Source: Raillietiella orientalis
Lineage: Eukaryota
DNA length: 64,000 nucleotides
Assembly: GCA_036172245.1 (NCBI GenBank)
Contig: JAYWIR010000005.1
Coordinates: forward strand, 2,852,001 to 2,916,000
Direction: 5' to 3'
Translations under genes and position numbers: made by a program
Part shown: piece by piece, positions 1 through 13,689 of the stretch
Layout of the letters: each line of letters begins with the position of its first letter
Numbering within the stretch: the stretch's first letter is position 1
Notes under the pieces: model-generated
The model's input: only the letters and a program-made list of their open reading frames with translations
Told to the model about the DNA's origin: nothing
Database searches by the model: none

Positions 1-3000
1 GAGACTCTTTGATCACTGTTCTATTCTGCAGCTCACACACATCATGCAATGACTCGTTAACAACTTCATATTGGAACAGCTCTCTCTCGTATCCACTACT
101 CCAAACTGTTGCTTCGTACACACTCTGAATTTCAAATTCCTCAGCTGCATAGATCTCTTCAAAATCGAACAGTCCTTTGCTCTTGTTGATTAAAACTGAT
201 TCCGTTATATCGAATTCTTCGTATTTTTTGGATTCTTGTTTTGATTTGATGTGTTTCAAGCCAATGGTTTTGGAAGTCTCCTGAGAGTCAGTGATCTCCA
301 CAACTTTGAGCAATTTAATTGTACTATCCAATTCTAAAGTGGATGTGTCTTCTTCAGCTGGCGCAGGTTTTTTGAGTTCCAGAGTATACTCGTCGGATTT
401 TTCGTCCGTCTCCTTCGGTTTCTCCTCTTCCAGTGGCTTCAGTGGAACTTCCGCTTCCAGTGCCACGTCCTCTGCTTCTGGTTTCACTTCGTCCTTCTTT
501 TTCAGTTTCATTTTCGTTTTCACCGAGGTGTCTTCTTCAGCTGGGACAGGCTTTTTGAGCTCGAGAGTATACTCGTCGGATTTTTCGTCCGTCTCCTTCG
601 GTTTCTCCTCTTCCAGTGGCTTCAGTGGAACTTCCGCTTCCAGTGCCACGTCCTCTGCTTCTGGTTTCACTTCGTCCTTCTTTTTCAGTTTCATTTTCGT
701 CTTTACCGAGGTGTCTTCTTCAGCTGGAACAGGCTTTTTGAGCTCGAGAGTATACTCGTCGGATTTTTCGTCCGTCTCCTTCGGTTTTTCCTCTTCCAGT
801 GGCTTCAGTGGAACTTCCGCTTCCAGTGCCACGTCCTCTGCTTCTGGTTTCACTTCGTCCTTCTTTTTCAGTTTGATTTTCGTTTTCACCGAGGTGTCTT
901 CTTCAGCTGGGACAGGCTTTTTGAGTTCGAGAGTATACTCATCGGATTTTTCGTCCGTCTCCTTCGGTTTCTCCTCTTCCAGTGGCTTCAGTGGAACTTC
1001 CGCTTCCAGTGCCACGTCCTCTGCTTCTGGTTTCACTTCGTCCTTCTTTTTCAGTTTCATTTTCGTTTTCACCGAGGTGTCTTCTTCAGCTGGGACAGGC
1101 TTTTTGAGCTCGAGAGTATACTCGTCGGATTTTTCGTCCGTCTCCTTCGGTTTCTCCTCTTCCAGTGGCTTCAGTGGAACTTCCGCTTCCAGTGCCACGT
1201 CCTCTGCTTCTGGTTTCACTTCGTCCTTCTTTTTCAGTTTCATTTTCGTCTTTACCGAGGTGTCTTCTTCAGCTGGAACAGGCTTTTTGAGCTCGAGAGT
1301 ATACTCGTCGGATTTTTCGTCCGTCTCCTTCGGTTTTTCCTCTTCCAGTGGTTTCAGTGGAACTTCCGCTTCCAGTGCAACGTCCTCTGCTTCTGGTTTC
1401 ACTTCGTCCTTCTTTTTCAGTTTCATTTTCGTCTTTACCGAGGTGTCTTCTTCAGCTGGGACAGGCTTTTTGAGCTCGAGAGTATACTCGTCAGATTTTT
1501 CGTCCGTCTCCTTCGGTTTTTCCTCTTCCAGTGGTTTCAGTGGAACTTCCGCTTCCAGTGCAACGTCCTCTGCTTCTGGTTTCACCTCGTCCTTCTTTTT
1601 CAGTTTCATTCTCGTCTTTGCCGAGGTGTCTTCTTCAGCTGGCTCAGGTTTTTTGAGTTCCAGAGTATACTCGTCCGATTTTTCGTCCGTCTCTTTCGGT
1701 TTCTCATCTTCCAGTGGCTTTAGTGGAACTTCCGCTTCCAATGCCACGTCCTCTGCTTCTGGTTTCACCTCGTCCTTCTTTTTCAGTTTGATTGTCGTCC
1801 TGACCGAGGTGTCTTCTTCAGCTGGGACAGGCTTTTTGAGCTCGAGAGTATACTCGTCGGATTTTTCATCTGTCTTCTTCGGTTTTTCCTCTTCCAGTGG
1901 TTTAAGTGGAACTTCCGCTTCCAGTGCAACGTCCTCTGCTGCTGGTTTCACCGCCTCTTTCTTTTTCAGTTTGATTTTCGTTTTGACCGAGGTGTCTTTT
2001 TCAGCTGGGACAGGCTTTTTGAGCTCGAGAGTATACTCGTGGAATTTTTCTTCCGTCTCTTTCGGTTTCTCATCTTCCAGTGACTTCAGTGGAACTTCCA
2101 TTTCCAGTGCAACGTCCTCTGCTGCTGGTTTCACCTCCTGTTTCGTTTTCAGCTTGATTTTCGACTTGACTGATATCTCTGGAGCCACTTCGTATGTTAA
2201 CTGAGGCTTATCATGATCAGTGTCTTGGAGATCAGGAGTCTTTTCGGCAGGTGACATAGCACTCCAAAAATCAAAGTCTTCAGTAGTGCTTAGTTCTTCC
2301 AGTTTTGCAGCTTCTGTTATGATTTCTTCCTTTTCAGGAGCAACGGCTTTTGTATCTGATAGTTGATCTTCTGGTACCTTGGAAATATCTTTTACTTCTG
2401 ATGGATGAATATGTTCATCAATGGTCAGTATTTGAACTTCAGAATAAGACGTTATCACTTTGACAGTTTCTGAAGCTGTGGCGATAAACGTGGTTGTTGG
2501 AATTTTTGTTGGATACTCTGGAACATTATCCTCTTCTGTGTAAACCGTGGACTCTGAAGCAAAATACCAAGCAATTTCACTTGGTATGTATTCAACAGAT
2601 TCAGTCACAATGAAGAGTTTGTCCTTAAAGACTGTTAAGGAATCTTCAAGGGTATCCTTTGAGGTGGATGATAGTTTTGGTTTCGGTAAACAAATTTTTT
2701 CTTCCGTGTCAGGTAAACGATGCTCAAGTTTTTTGAGTAAAGGTATTGTAACTTCAGTTTCTTCCACATCAGATTTTATACTTGTGGTTTCATCAGTCCC
2801 TAATTCTGTTTCTTCCTCAGAGATCTCTGTTATATCCACACGAAAGATGTCGCAAAGATCTTCCACTTGAGGTGTTTTAAGAGAACTTACTTCTTCTTTA
2901 ATTGAAACAGTATGAAAGTCGACTATGGTTTCAGTTGACTTCATTGTCTCAACTAAGGTATTTACTTCTTGAATAATTAACGGAATGGAAGAATCAACAG

Positions 3001-6000
3001 AATATCTAACTTTTTGGTAGGTGACTTTATCTTCAGGTAGTTTCAAGCTTTCTGACAATAGACAACCTTCATAAACCATCAGTTCATTCAGTATATCCGT
3101 TTGTTCTGTAGCTACCTTTCCTTCAGCTTGTTTGATTTTGGCATCCATAATGACATCCAAACCGACTGCCTCCTCTACAGTCACACTAATGTTTGAAGGT
3201 AACTGAGGAATAGCTTTAAGCTCGAGAGCTGGAACGATTTCGATTTCAGCAGTACTTTCTTCTTCTTGAGTCTGTGTTGTTAGTAATGGAAACTGTCTTT
3301 CATCACGCGCTGTGGCCATTTTCTCCCCTGATATTTTCAGGTCATAAGGAGTTGGTAATGAAAATTTCTCATGAAAACTTTCAGTTTCTTCATAATCAGT
3401 GATACTGGTGATGTCTAAATAATGCATCAGTTCCATGTCAGATTGCTTCAGCTGTTTCAGATGGGGTTCAAATCTTGCATCCAATTTCTCTGAGTCTTCA
3501 TCGGCAATGATTTCATCCATCGTAAGATAATTTTGCAAAATGGCAGAAAGATCGCCTTCTTCGAATATGGCTGCTTTTACAAGAATGTCAGGAACATCGT
3601 CTTCGGTTTCCACTTGGATTACATCGAGAGACTGGTTTACAAACACATGAATATTTGCTTTCTTTGACAAGTCTTCTTCTAAAACTTTGGAAACTCCGAA
3701 TTCATTTATTTCCTCCACTCCCAAGGATTCATAGGGTCCTAACTGAATAACACAATTCTGTGACTCGGATGGTCTTTCAGTCAATGGTGTTACATCTGAA
3801 AAACTCTCTTCTTCCAGAACGCTCAAGCCGTTGTTAACTTCAAATGCAATAGTGACTTCTGTTTGCTGATCATATTTTCCCTCAAAAATCATTGATTCAC
3901 CAAAAATAAATAATTCCTCTTCCATGATGGCTTTTTGGAGCAAAGGTCTTATTTCACTGATTACGTATTCTGGGACTATTTCGCCGAAATAATCTGTATG
4001 CTCATGAGTGTGAATCTCTTCCACTTCCAGATAAAATTCTTCCATTGACGTCACATCCTGCGTGTTCTCCAAATTCTGAGGCAGACCTTTATGCTTTAAT
4101 TCTTCTATTTTTTCAAGAGCTATTACTTGGTCTGTGAAAAGATGGATTATATCAAGCATCTTTGTATCACAGCTAGTGGTTTCTAAAAATTTCACATCGA
4201 AAGGAAGGGCGTGCTCTATGGCATCTATTTCCTTCACAGATATACTTTCGAAATTATCCAGTTTCATCTTTTGTGCAAAGCTGCAGCGAGTACCTAGGTA
4301 ATCATCTATGGTGCCTAAGCCATCAGAAACATATTCTTCGTTAACGTTTAATGAGCTTTGCGGTAGCTGCGAAATGTCACACTTTGCACTTCCTAGTTGT
4401 TTGTCGACAAGGATGCCAAAGTCCTCAGAGAAGTGAACTTCTGCAATATTTATGTGAGAGTTGCTTTCTATCTTGTAATCTGTAATGCTATGAATATCGG
4501 AACTATGTAACACTTGTTCTGCAAAATCTTTTGTGTCCTCTCTTATATCGGCCTCCGCAACACTTACACACACAGATTCCTGAATACAATAGCCAGCTGA
4601 GCGTTCTTCTTCAAAGGCTACTTCAGTGGTCAACTTTTTCAAGCTTTCCGAAGGAAATATTTCTTCAACCGTTTTAAAATGCTGTCTCAAAATCGATGTT
4701 ATTGCAGTTGCTGATTTCAGTGCTGGTGTCTCAACAGTTCCAATAGATTCCTCAACATCCACATCGGAAGTGAAAAAGTGTTGATGATGTTCAATATCAG
4801 TATTACAGATGGCTTCTGCTTCTTGATCTCTTTTGATTTGAAGATTAGGGAGTTCCCGTTCTAGAACAACTGTCTGTAGGATGTTCAGATGGGGGAATGT
4901 TTGGGTAGACGATTCACTAACAAAAGAACTCATTGCTTTCCCTAAGAAATCCTGAATGTCTTCCAATATCTCCGTTTTTCTTACTTTAATATGTTCAGAA
5001 ATTTCTAGGTTGAGTCCAGCTGAACACTCGATTGCAAGATCATCTTGAACATTTAATTCTTTGGTGATTTCTTCGGCCAATGTTTCCTCAGTTCTTATTG
5101 ACCTGAATGCATCTAATGCTAAGCTTCCTTTAACGAGATGGGAATCTTCGCTTACAAATTCTACAGACTCTTCAAAGGCCTCAATAAGAGAAACATGAGA
5201 ATGTTCTTTTTCTACCACCTCAACATTTGTCAACCATTTGAAATGATCTTCCACATCTATGTAAGCTATGGAATCCTTCAGACTTTCCAAAACAAATATT
5301 TCTTCCTCCCTCAAAGAATTGCAAGATTCAATTTTTACGTCACACTTGAATGTCTTCCAAATATCTTCAGTGCAAGTGACATCATCAAGATACTCTTCCT
5401 CGTTTACTACTACAGCATAATTTTGTTCAAACTGTACCGAGGTTAGAAATTTGTCAGGTAATACGAATAAATCTGTTAGGTGTGTAATTTGTTCTGAGAC
5501 AAATGGCATAGTAATATTCAGTGGCCTTTCATGTTCCATGCTGACCATGGCTTCACACTTAGCTTTTTCTTGCTGCAAGAATGAAAGGGTGTCTTGGATG
5601 ACTTCTAATTCGGTAATCCCGAAAGAACAGCACGTTTCCATATTGAAAGCAGCGTGTCTGTGCTGGGATTGAATAATTTCTTCCTGTGGAACTTCCTTAG
5701 CAGTCTCATGAACACTTATTTCATGCATTATAGGCAAATCTAAGGAAGATATATCCATTTGAGCACAGAAGACATCGTGAGTATCGTTCATGAAACAGTC
5801 TACTTGCTCTCCAAGATTAATTTCGTTCACATGAATACATTCCTGTGTCACCATAGTAATGTTGGTTTCTGCAGCACTGATTCGAGGTGCAATATCTTTG
5901 ATCTCTGAAGCAGTTTCTGAAATATCAGCTTCCTCAGTGAGCAGTGGTAAATAAAACTGGCTAAGAGACTCTACTCTGACTGTTATTATTGCTTTCTGGA

Positions 6001-9000
6001 TAAATGAAGGAATGTCTTCATAACATTCTAATTCACTTATAACCAGACAGGCACTTTCTTCTATGCTAATAGTACTATTATGTATTGTTGCATCGAGAGA
6101 AAAGTCTGGAATATCCTGATGAGCATCACATGTGAACAACGATTCAAACACATTCAAAGGATGCATAGTTTCTATCACTACGATACTCTTTTTGAATTCA
6201 GCTGGCACCTCCTCATTCGTATCTTCACATTCACATGGATTCACTTCTGCTATGGTGAGTTGAGAATGTTCTAAGAGTCCAATTCTGAAATTTTCTGTTT
6301 TCCTATGACTGACCATCTTCGTGAGTTCAATTTGCCCACAGCTTTCCAGAGCATATGCTACTTTTACATCAAGGCAATATTGATTTTCGAATTCACAAGT
6401 GACCACAGCTCCATAAGGAGTGTCAACGAAGAAGATTTTTGTATCTTGAAATACAAAAGCTTCATACACATCCAAATACTGTTCTTTTGTTAAATCTATC
6501 TGATCAACAACTCTCGTCTTCGGTACATAATAATCTCCGAATTCCAGTAAAGATTCGGAAACAAAAACTTCAGCTACTTTGGATGAAATACATTGATCAC
6601 TTAAATCGGTTTGAGGAAGTATTATGATATCTTTTACAGTGTCAGTTGTTAATTCATCAACAGTTTCCAGAGGAACAACTTCAGAGATAGTGACGTTCAG
6701 AGAACTTTCGAAGTCTTTTTCACTTAATCTTTTCAGATCCATTAGGAACTTTTCTGTTATTTCTTGGAATGTGTCTAAGATGGTGACCTCTTCAGTTATC
6801 TTAGCTTCTAGTACGCTTGTCTGAGATACAGCATGTTCTTCTTTTACATATGCTTCCAAAAATTCGTTCCAGCCTTCTGTAGCTATAATTTCGCTAATAT
6901 TGATTCCATGGTTTTCTGGAAAGACTGTATGAGGCAACGCAGAAGGTACGGAAGTGGCTATCTCCAAGCCTTCTAAGCACATCTCATAAGCTTGGATTTC
7001 TTCGATTTCTGTCGGATTTTGTATGATTTGAATCACATTGACTTTCAGTGGTTTCAGGATGTCACAGAAAATGTCTCTAGAACTATCCATTGCTTGTACG
7101 TCAACTACATGTATGCATTCATTTTCCTCCATTCGGACTTCCGTGATGACCTTCATGTGGTCTTCCATTGTATCCAATGGTGACATTTCCAATGCAAAGT
7201 CATAAACCATTGCTTCCAATATACCGATATGCTGGTTAGCTATAGATTTGGATTCTCCATTCTGCGATTCTAAAGCACGCTCCGTAAAGAGACAGACATC
7301 CTCATAAATATTAACCTCTTCGGAATGAATGTACCAATCTAACTGTAATTCGATACTTGAGATCTCCTGGAAAGGCAAGGTAAGCTGAGCTTCTAGTACC
7401 TTACACGATTCTATAGCTTCGATTTCTTGAATATTCAGAGAAGCTAGTGGAAAGCTGCTGGTCTTGCATTCAGCTGGATTTGCTATAACAGCCCCAAGTT
7501 CGCTGAGGTCTTCTTCGAGCATTGGCTGCTCCGCTACCAAGTGGTTCTTTTCTATGAATTGAATTGTCGCTTCATTTTCTTTTTGCTCTTGCCTCGGAAA
7601 AAAGTCAAGAAATGTTTCCAGAGGTATAATTTCATCCATAAATGGGTATTCTTGTACACTGAAGCTTATATTTGCATCCACGAAATCTTTGCTCTCATGA
7701 ATCAATTCTGCAATATAATCCATGACTTTGACCTGAATGATGTCGAAATATTCATAAATCAGACTGATTGACATAGTTGCAGTTGATAGCTTGTCTACCA
7801 ATCCCAAGGTATCCACGAGTTCCTCATAACTTTCACTTGCGAGTATCATATCAACAAGCAGTGGTACACTGCTTATAGATGATACTTTTCCTACTACAGA
7901 AGCCGGAGTTACTGGCTGGAATTTTTCCACGTTTTCCAAACTTTCTAATTCTGTAACGATTGTCGAGTAGTTGGACTCTGTTATTTCACTTTCCACAATG
8001 ATTCCACTCTGGAAGGGACTTTCTAAAAATCCTTCTGTATCCAAAAGGAAGATTTCTTCAGCAGCCAGAGGCTCTGTGGTGACAAAGGTGATCGTTCCTT
8101 TTAATGTATTATATTCTTTACTTATATACGCTTCCATGTCTTCGGAGGCTAAAATCTCTTGCACTTGAATGTGGTAATCCGTTTGCAGAAGCATGTTTGC
8201 AAATCTTCCTTTGCTAATATAAGAATCTGTAGCAAGCGTTTCACAAGAATCAGGTGCCAGATCTTCTTTGATCTCCAGCGATGTTTGGCATAACGCTGTA
8301 ATGATGGCGGTCACTGCTTCACGTTCATCTTCGGGAATTTTGTGTGTATCTTCGCAAACAGCAGCCTCAGTGATTGTCACGTGATAGTTCTGTTCCATAC
8401 CAATCTTATTTATCTCATTAAAGGGTGCTGCTTTCACGGCAGGCATGCTCATAGCAGTACTCAATATAAAGAATTCTATGATTTCTAAAGAATCTGCCAT
8501 TGGGTATGTGAGCTGAGCTGAACAAAAGCTAACATCTGGTCTGAAAAACTCCTTGGCTTCCTCAGGGGCATTCATTTCGTACACACTAAAACACTGGTTT
8601 TCTTCTATTGTGGATTCCACAGTTTCCTCGGTTTCTACTTTGATCACATCAGTGTCAAAAACTGCTTTCGTTGACTTGTATCTGGAGTCACCCAGTTCGT
8701 CAACGTGTCCTTTCAGAGTTTTAGCAGCTCTGCAGATTGATTCTTCTGCCTTCGTAAAGAGATCCTCAACATCCTCAAGTAATCCGATTTCTTCGATATG
8801 CAGTGGATTATTTTCTACAATGGTACACTGTGTCAGATTTCTCGTATTGAATTTTTCTATTTTTAGTGCATCTTGGTAATTTTCAGCAACGAAGATTTCT
8901 TCAACCTCAGTGGGCTTCTGCAGTTTGGTTGTTTCACGAGCGGAAAACATGGGCGGTGAGGGATGAGAGAGTTGGTCCATTTCTTCAAATGCTTGGACCT

Positions 9001-12000
9001 CCATGACGCTGAAGTAACGACTTTTTTGGAATTCGATAGCACTCAAGTGTTGCGGAAGGGGAACGTCCATTGCTTTAATCTGACCTGGGTGTTCGGAAAC
9101 CAACGTTTCCTGACTGATTGTAGAACATCGAGGAATAGGTATCGAATTGGCGGTATCCTCCTTTACTTCGGGAACTGTATATGCTCCTGTATTTTCTTCT
9201 GCTCCCAGTTCAATGATTTCTATATAGTGCATTAAATTCAGAGTGGATTGGAATGCATCTTCGGCAATGCATACGGCATTTGCGCTCACAGTAGCCAGCT
9301 GCACCAAGGCTTCCATAGTGGTTGTTTCCAGAACAACTGTGTACGATTGTGGGCTGATATCAAACTCTTTGGAAACGGAATTTACTGCTTTCTCGACAAT
9401 GCCGAGAACGTCTGAAGGAATTTCCAATTCTTCCACCGTCAGATGATTCTTTTCGACGAATTCTATTTGAGAATCCGGAACGAAGGCTTTAGGCAGCAGA
9501 GCTTCTAAATCTTCGATACTTTCTTCGGAAAGAACTTCTTCTACTTTCAGTGCATTCTGTCTATAAGGGACGACATTGCCGATCACGGAGGGAACGACCA
9601 GCTTGACAAAAGATCCACTTTGCTCCAGTGCATTTGTTTCATAAGCACTCAGGTGCTCTGTTTCCTGAAATCTTATTTCCAAGTGGGAAATGGCAAGATC
9701 TTCGCTTTTCATCGAAAGATCACTTAGCAGTTCCATAACAAGCATTTCCGTGACGTCAATAGATTGTTCGCAGTATGGTGACATCTTCCCAATCATATAG
9801 TCGGTAGCTTTTTTCCAAAATGTGCTTACTTCGTCCAGGATGTTTAACTCGGTGACGTCAACAGGCCAATTTTCTTTTAATGTTTTTTCGTAGCTTTCTT
9901 TTACGGTAAAGATCCCCTTGTCCTTGATCAGCTCTTTCAAAAATTCGAAAATAATGATCTGTTCAATGGTTAATGATTCTTGAGAGACGGTAATAACATT
10001 CCCTTTATATATCTGCACTGGATTAGGTGAGAAGGAGTCTGGCGCTTCGTGAAAGCATATCTGCATAATGTTGAGAGCAAGATTTTTTTCAAGGTCCTCC
10101 TTAGCCTTTTTAGGTATCTCCAGCTGACGCTCTTCCACGGATGCTACGGTGTCTTCGGAATTCGTTTCTTCAACGATTAAAGAATTCTGGATTACGCTGC
10201 TGATTTTTGGAAGTCGGATTTCCAGCGTCCTTTCAACTATTTCTTGGAGAGTTTCTAGTAAATGCACAATAAACACCACCAAGTATCTATTCTTTTCTAG
10301 TATTTCTCTCGGGTATTCGTACCGATCAAGAGCATCATGCCTGAAGTAGCTGAAATTTTCAGATATAACATGAAGCAGAGTGTGCAGGTGTTCGTGAGTC
10401 TTTAGTTTGGGTGCAACTAATTCACTTGAAGTGGCAGTAGATTTCTGATATACTTCATCTTCAGCAGATGAAGGCTGTAAACTTTCAAGATTGGATGGTA
10501 GAACTATTTCTTCGACTTTCAATGCCTCACTGAGAATCCAAGTTGAGGAAGGAATCACATCTCTTGAAATGGCAATTGCTCTCGATAATTCCACAGTATT
10601 ATCAGAAGGAATAATTTCTTTGACGGATAATGGCTGTCTCATAAACGTTTCGCTATTGTACCATGCTTGTTGGATCTTCATTGGTCGTTCTACCAATTTG
10701 CCTTCAGAAAGCAAATAAAGGTTCTCATGGATATTAACCAGTTCCATTGGTTTCAGGTTCACCTCTTCCTGAATCAGTTGCGGAGAAAGCAACTTCTGCA
10801 ACAGTTCATCTACGGATTCACTGGCAATTATCTCTGAAACAGTAATCTGTTCATTTGCTGTTCTCGAAACATCAGATTGCATCAAGTTCTTCGTCAAGTG
10901 AGCCAAGACCCCTGTGGATTCTAGCACGTAAATCGTTTGGAGTTCTACGAGTTCCATAGGTTTAACAACCGCTATGATTTTTGCCTGCAATTCTTTCAGA
11001 GTGATGTGGGTTATGCTGAAAAGATTTTCCAGTGGGAATACTTCGAGAACTTCCGGTGCAATTTCCGAATGAATTATTGGAATTTCAGACATCCTGCTTG
11101 CGGTGTCATCAACTCGAAGCTCTTCAGGAGTCTCTGTAACTAAAACATCTTTAATCATGAGGGGAGAAGATGGTGATAAGTCAATTTTCAGAATGGAGCG
11201 CTGCTGGGTTTCATATGCTCTTTCCAAGTCCTGGATGAATTCTAGAGGAGTGATCTCTTTCACGATTAATGTTTTCTGTTCTCTGGTTCTCTTGAATGAA
11301 GTATCTGCTCTGGTGTCTTCGTACTTTGGTAAAGAGAGAGGTGTTTCGATGCAAAGGAGCTCCTGTTCTGAGATGCTGCATGATTCGCTCGTGCGCAGCT
11401 CCATCAAAACGTTGGGATTTTTTACTGATATCTTGCAAATCAGTTCCGATGGAGCTTCCTGAAGGAATGACTCCTGGATTTCACATGACTCTCGGAGGAT
11501 GAATGCGAGTACCACGTTCTCCAACAGTGCCTTTAACTCATGTTCTACCGGGAATCTCAGCTGCTCGAAGGGAACGATTTCGAAGATTCTAGCATGATGA
11601 TTGACTTTTGCTTCGCTCATCGAAACAGTGTCAGCCCGTATCTCAGCTGACTCGATCTCACCCAAGGAGTCCGGTAAGACAAGGAACTTTTGCACTGCAG
11701 CATGTTTTTCTCTTAGATCTAAGCTGACCAACGCACTTGATGTTGGAATCAATTTTTGTTCCAGTTCCTCTGCTGATGAACAAAGTAGCACTTCCTCTTG
11801 ATTTACACTCTGCTTGAGGTCTGAACTCTGCAAGGATCTGAGGACCACATAAGGAACGGCATCTTGGATTATAACCGATTCCTTGTCACCCAAAACCGCT
11901 TCCGACACGAACAGATTTTCATGAATCTTCACAGCTGCGAGTGTTTGGCCTGACACATAAGCTACGGGCAGTTTAGGAAGGAAGTCCAAGGTGTCGGATG

Positions 12001-13689
12001 CCGTGATCTGCAGAACGCAAATGGAATCGCATTTGGCTTTACTTAACGCAGAAGTAGGATGTTCCATTTTCAGTTTATCATAAATGATGCTGCAAACAGT
12101 TTCTAAAACAACCATTTGCTCTGTACACGAAGATTCCATCTCTCTTAATGGATGCAAAATATCCATGGTTTCCGATTTCCTAGACTTGTGGACTATGTCC
12201 GGAAGAGATTCCAAAACGATGACTTCTTCTCTTGTGCAGTAATCTTTCTTTAACAGGAGCAAAGAAACAAATGACTGAGCAGCAAAGGGGAGTGCTCTTT
12301 CTGCTTCTGATGTGGATTCTTCCGGGTGAACTTCTCGAACGTGGATGGCGTACTGCGCATCCACGCCTGGGATACGCGCTGTTTTCCTGTCTTGATACAG
12401 GATTTCCAGGTAGGTGGGCTGCTCAAATAGGTACAGCTTTTCTGTTTGGAAATACTGAGACGTTTCCTTTAAGAACAGAGAAAGGAATGCCTCCCTTTCA
12501 TCAGATGGCTTTCTTTCCATGTCCACCGATTTTTCAGAAGCTACGGTCTCCGTGGTTGTGGCGACCTGGTTTATCCTGAGTTGTGACGGGACGTGGTATC
12601 GGAGCTCCAAAGAAAGTTGATCTAGTTTAGGATGCCGGATGTCATCTCCATGTTCTAACAAAGCTGTCTCTTCTGTCATGATCGGAGAGAAGACGAATAT
12701 TCCAGCCAGGCTGACCGAGCATTGTGATTTGGGGATGCGGATTTGCAAGGGCAAAAGAGATTCCAAGATGTCTTTGATCTCTACGGTGTAAGAAAAGCAG
12801 GACTGGATGGCCGATGGCAAGGCCTTTGGGTGGGTTTGCTCCTGGAGCGGGAGTTCCTGTGTAGCCAGGAGGATTTCGATGACTTCGATTGGATATGCTT
12901 CCACGAAACGCAGCTTGCCTATCGCTAGGGGCAATTCTCTGGAGGTTAGTTGGGCTACGTCCTCTAGCAAATTCACAAAGCCGACTGTCTTGGCTTCCTC
13001 AAGCTTTGTGAATCTCACCGTACTCTGAGCCGTCACCACCTCTTTCTTTTCAAAGTATTCAACGATGTCGTATTCGGACAGTGTATCCATGCTCTCATCG
13101 TAAATTGGAATCTCCTGAGTATCAAACTCCTCTTCCACGATTTCCTTTGTCTCGGTGATGGCAATTTCAACATCTTCAACTTTTTTCTCTTTCTCCACCG
13201 TTTCAGGTCGGGATGTTTCCTTGATTTCAGTAGAAACTTCTTCCCGGTATTTTTTGTCAATCTTGGTTTCCAATGCATCCGTGGTTTGACCTTTCTCGAG
13301 AGTTCTCGGTTTCGATTCCACAGGGATTTCGATATCCGTCTGTTGACTTTCTTCAACCACCGATTTCTTAGACATCTTGATGGTTTCTTCCGAACGCAGC
13401 ACATCGTCTGCTTTCTTCTTTTGTTTGAGCATCACCTCTTCATCACTTTCTTCTAGCGATCTCGATTCGATTTCCTCGATGAAATACGTGTCCGTGTCTT
13501 TTTCAACCATGACTGGATGGAGGATCTCAACCTTCTCTCTCTCCTGTCCCGACTTCTTGACGCGAGTCGTTCGTTTGGTTCTCTTCTTCTGATCAGTTTC
13601 AGTATCTTCCAGTTCATCAATTATTTGTACCATCTCCTGCGTATCTTCCAAAACGTCTTTTTGATCGGAAATGTCCTCGATTGTCATTC
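1..13689 (-). CDS. sls: Giant exon B (at least 13,689 bp, runs off the window), acidic degenerate repeats followed by PEVK repeats
   Basis: Acceptor ctttcttcccaaag| is phase 1 and reads (G)MTIEDISDQKDVLEDTQEMVQIIDELEDTETDQKKRTKR. The PEVK repeat at 345-2174 is in the same frame. The ORF track lists no closed ORF from ATG 13687, which implies no stop before the window edge. Confidence 0.87.

Noticed and set aside
345..2174. Regular repeats as a possible CRISPR array
   Set aside because: The units are fully repeated and codon-length, with no unique spacers and no cas genes; the context is eukaryotic.
291..2204. 637-aa Ser/Phe-rich plus-strand ORF
   Set aside because: It is the antisense shadow of the stop-free 183-bp PEVK repeat. 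The minus-strand frame is continuous with the titin exon.
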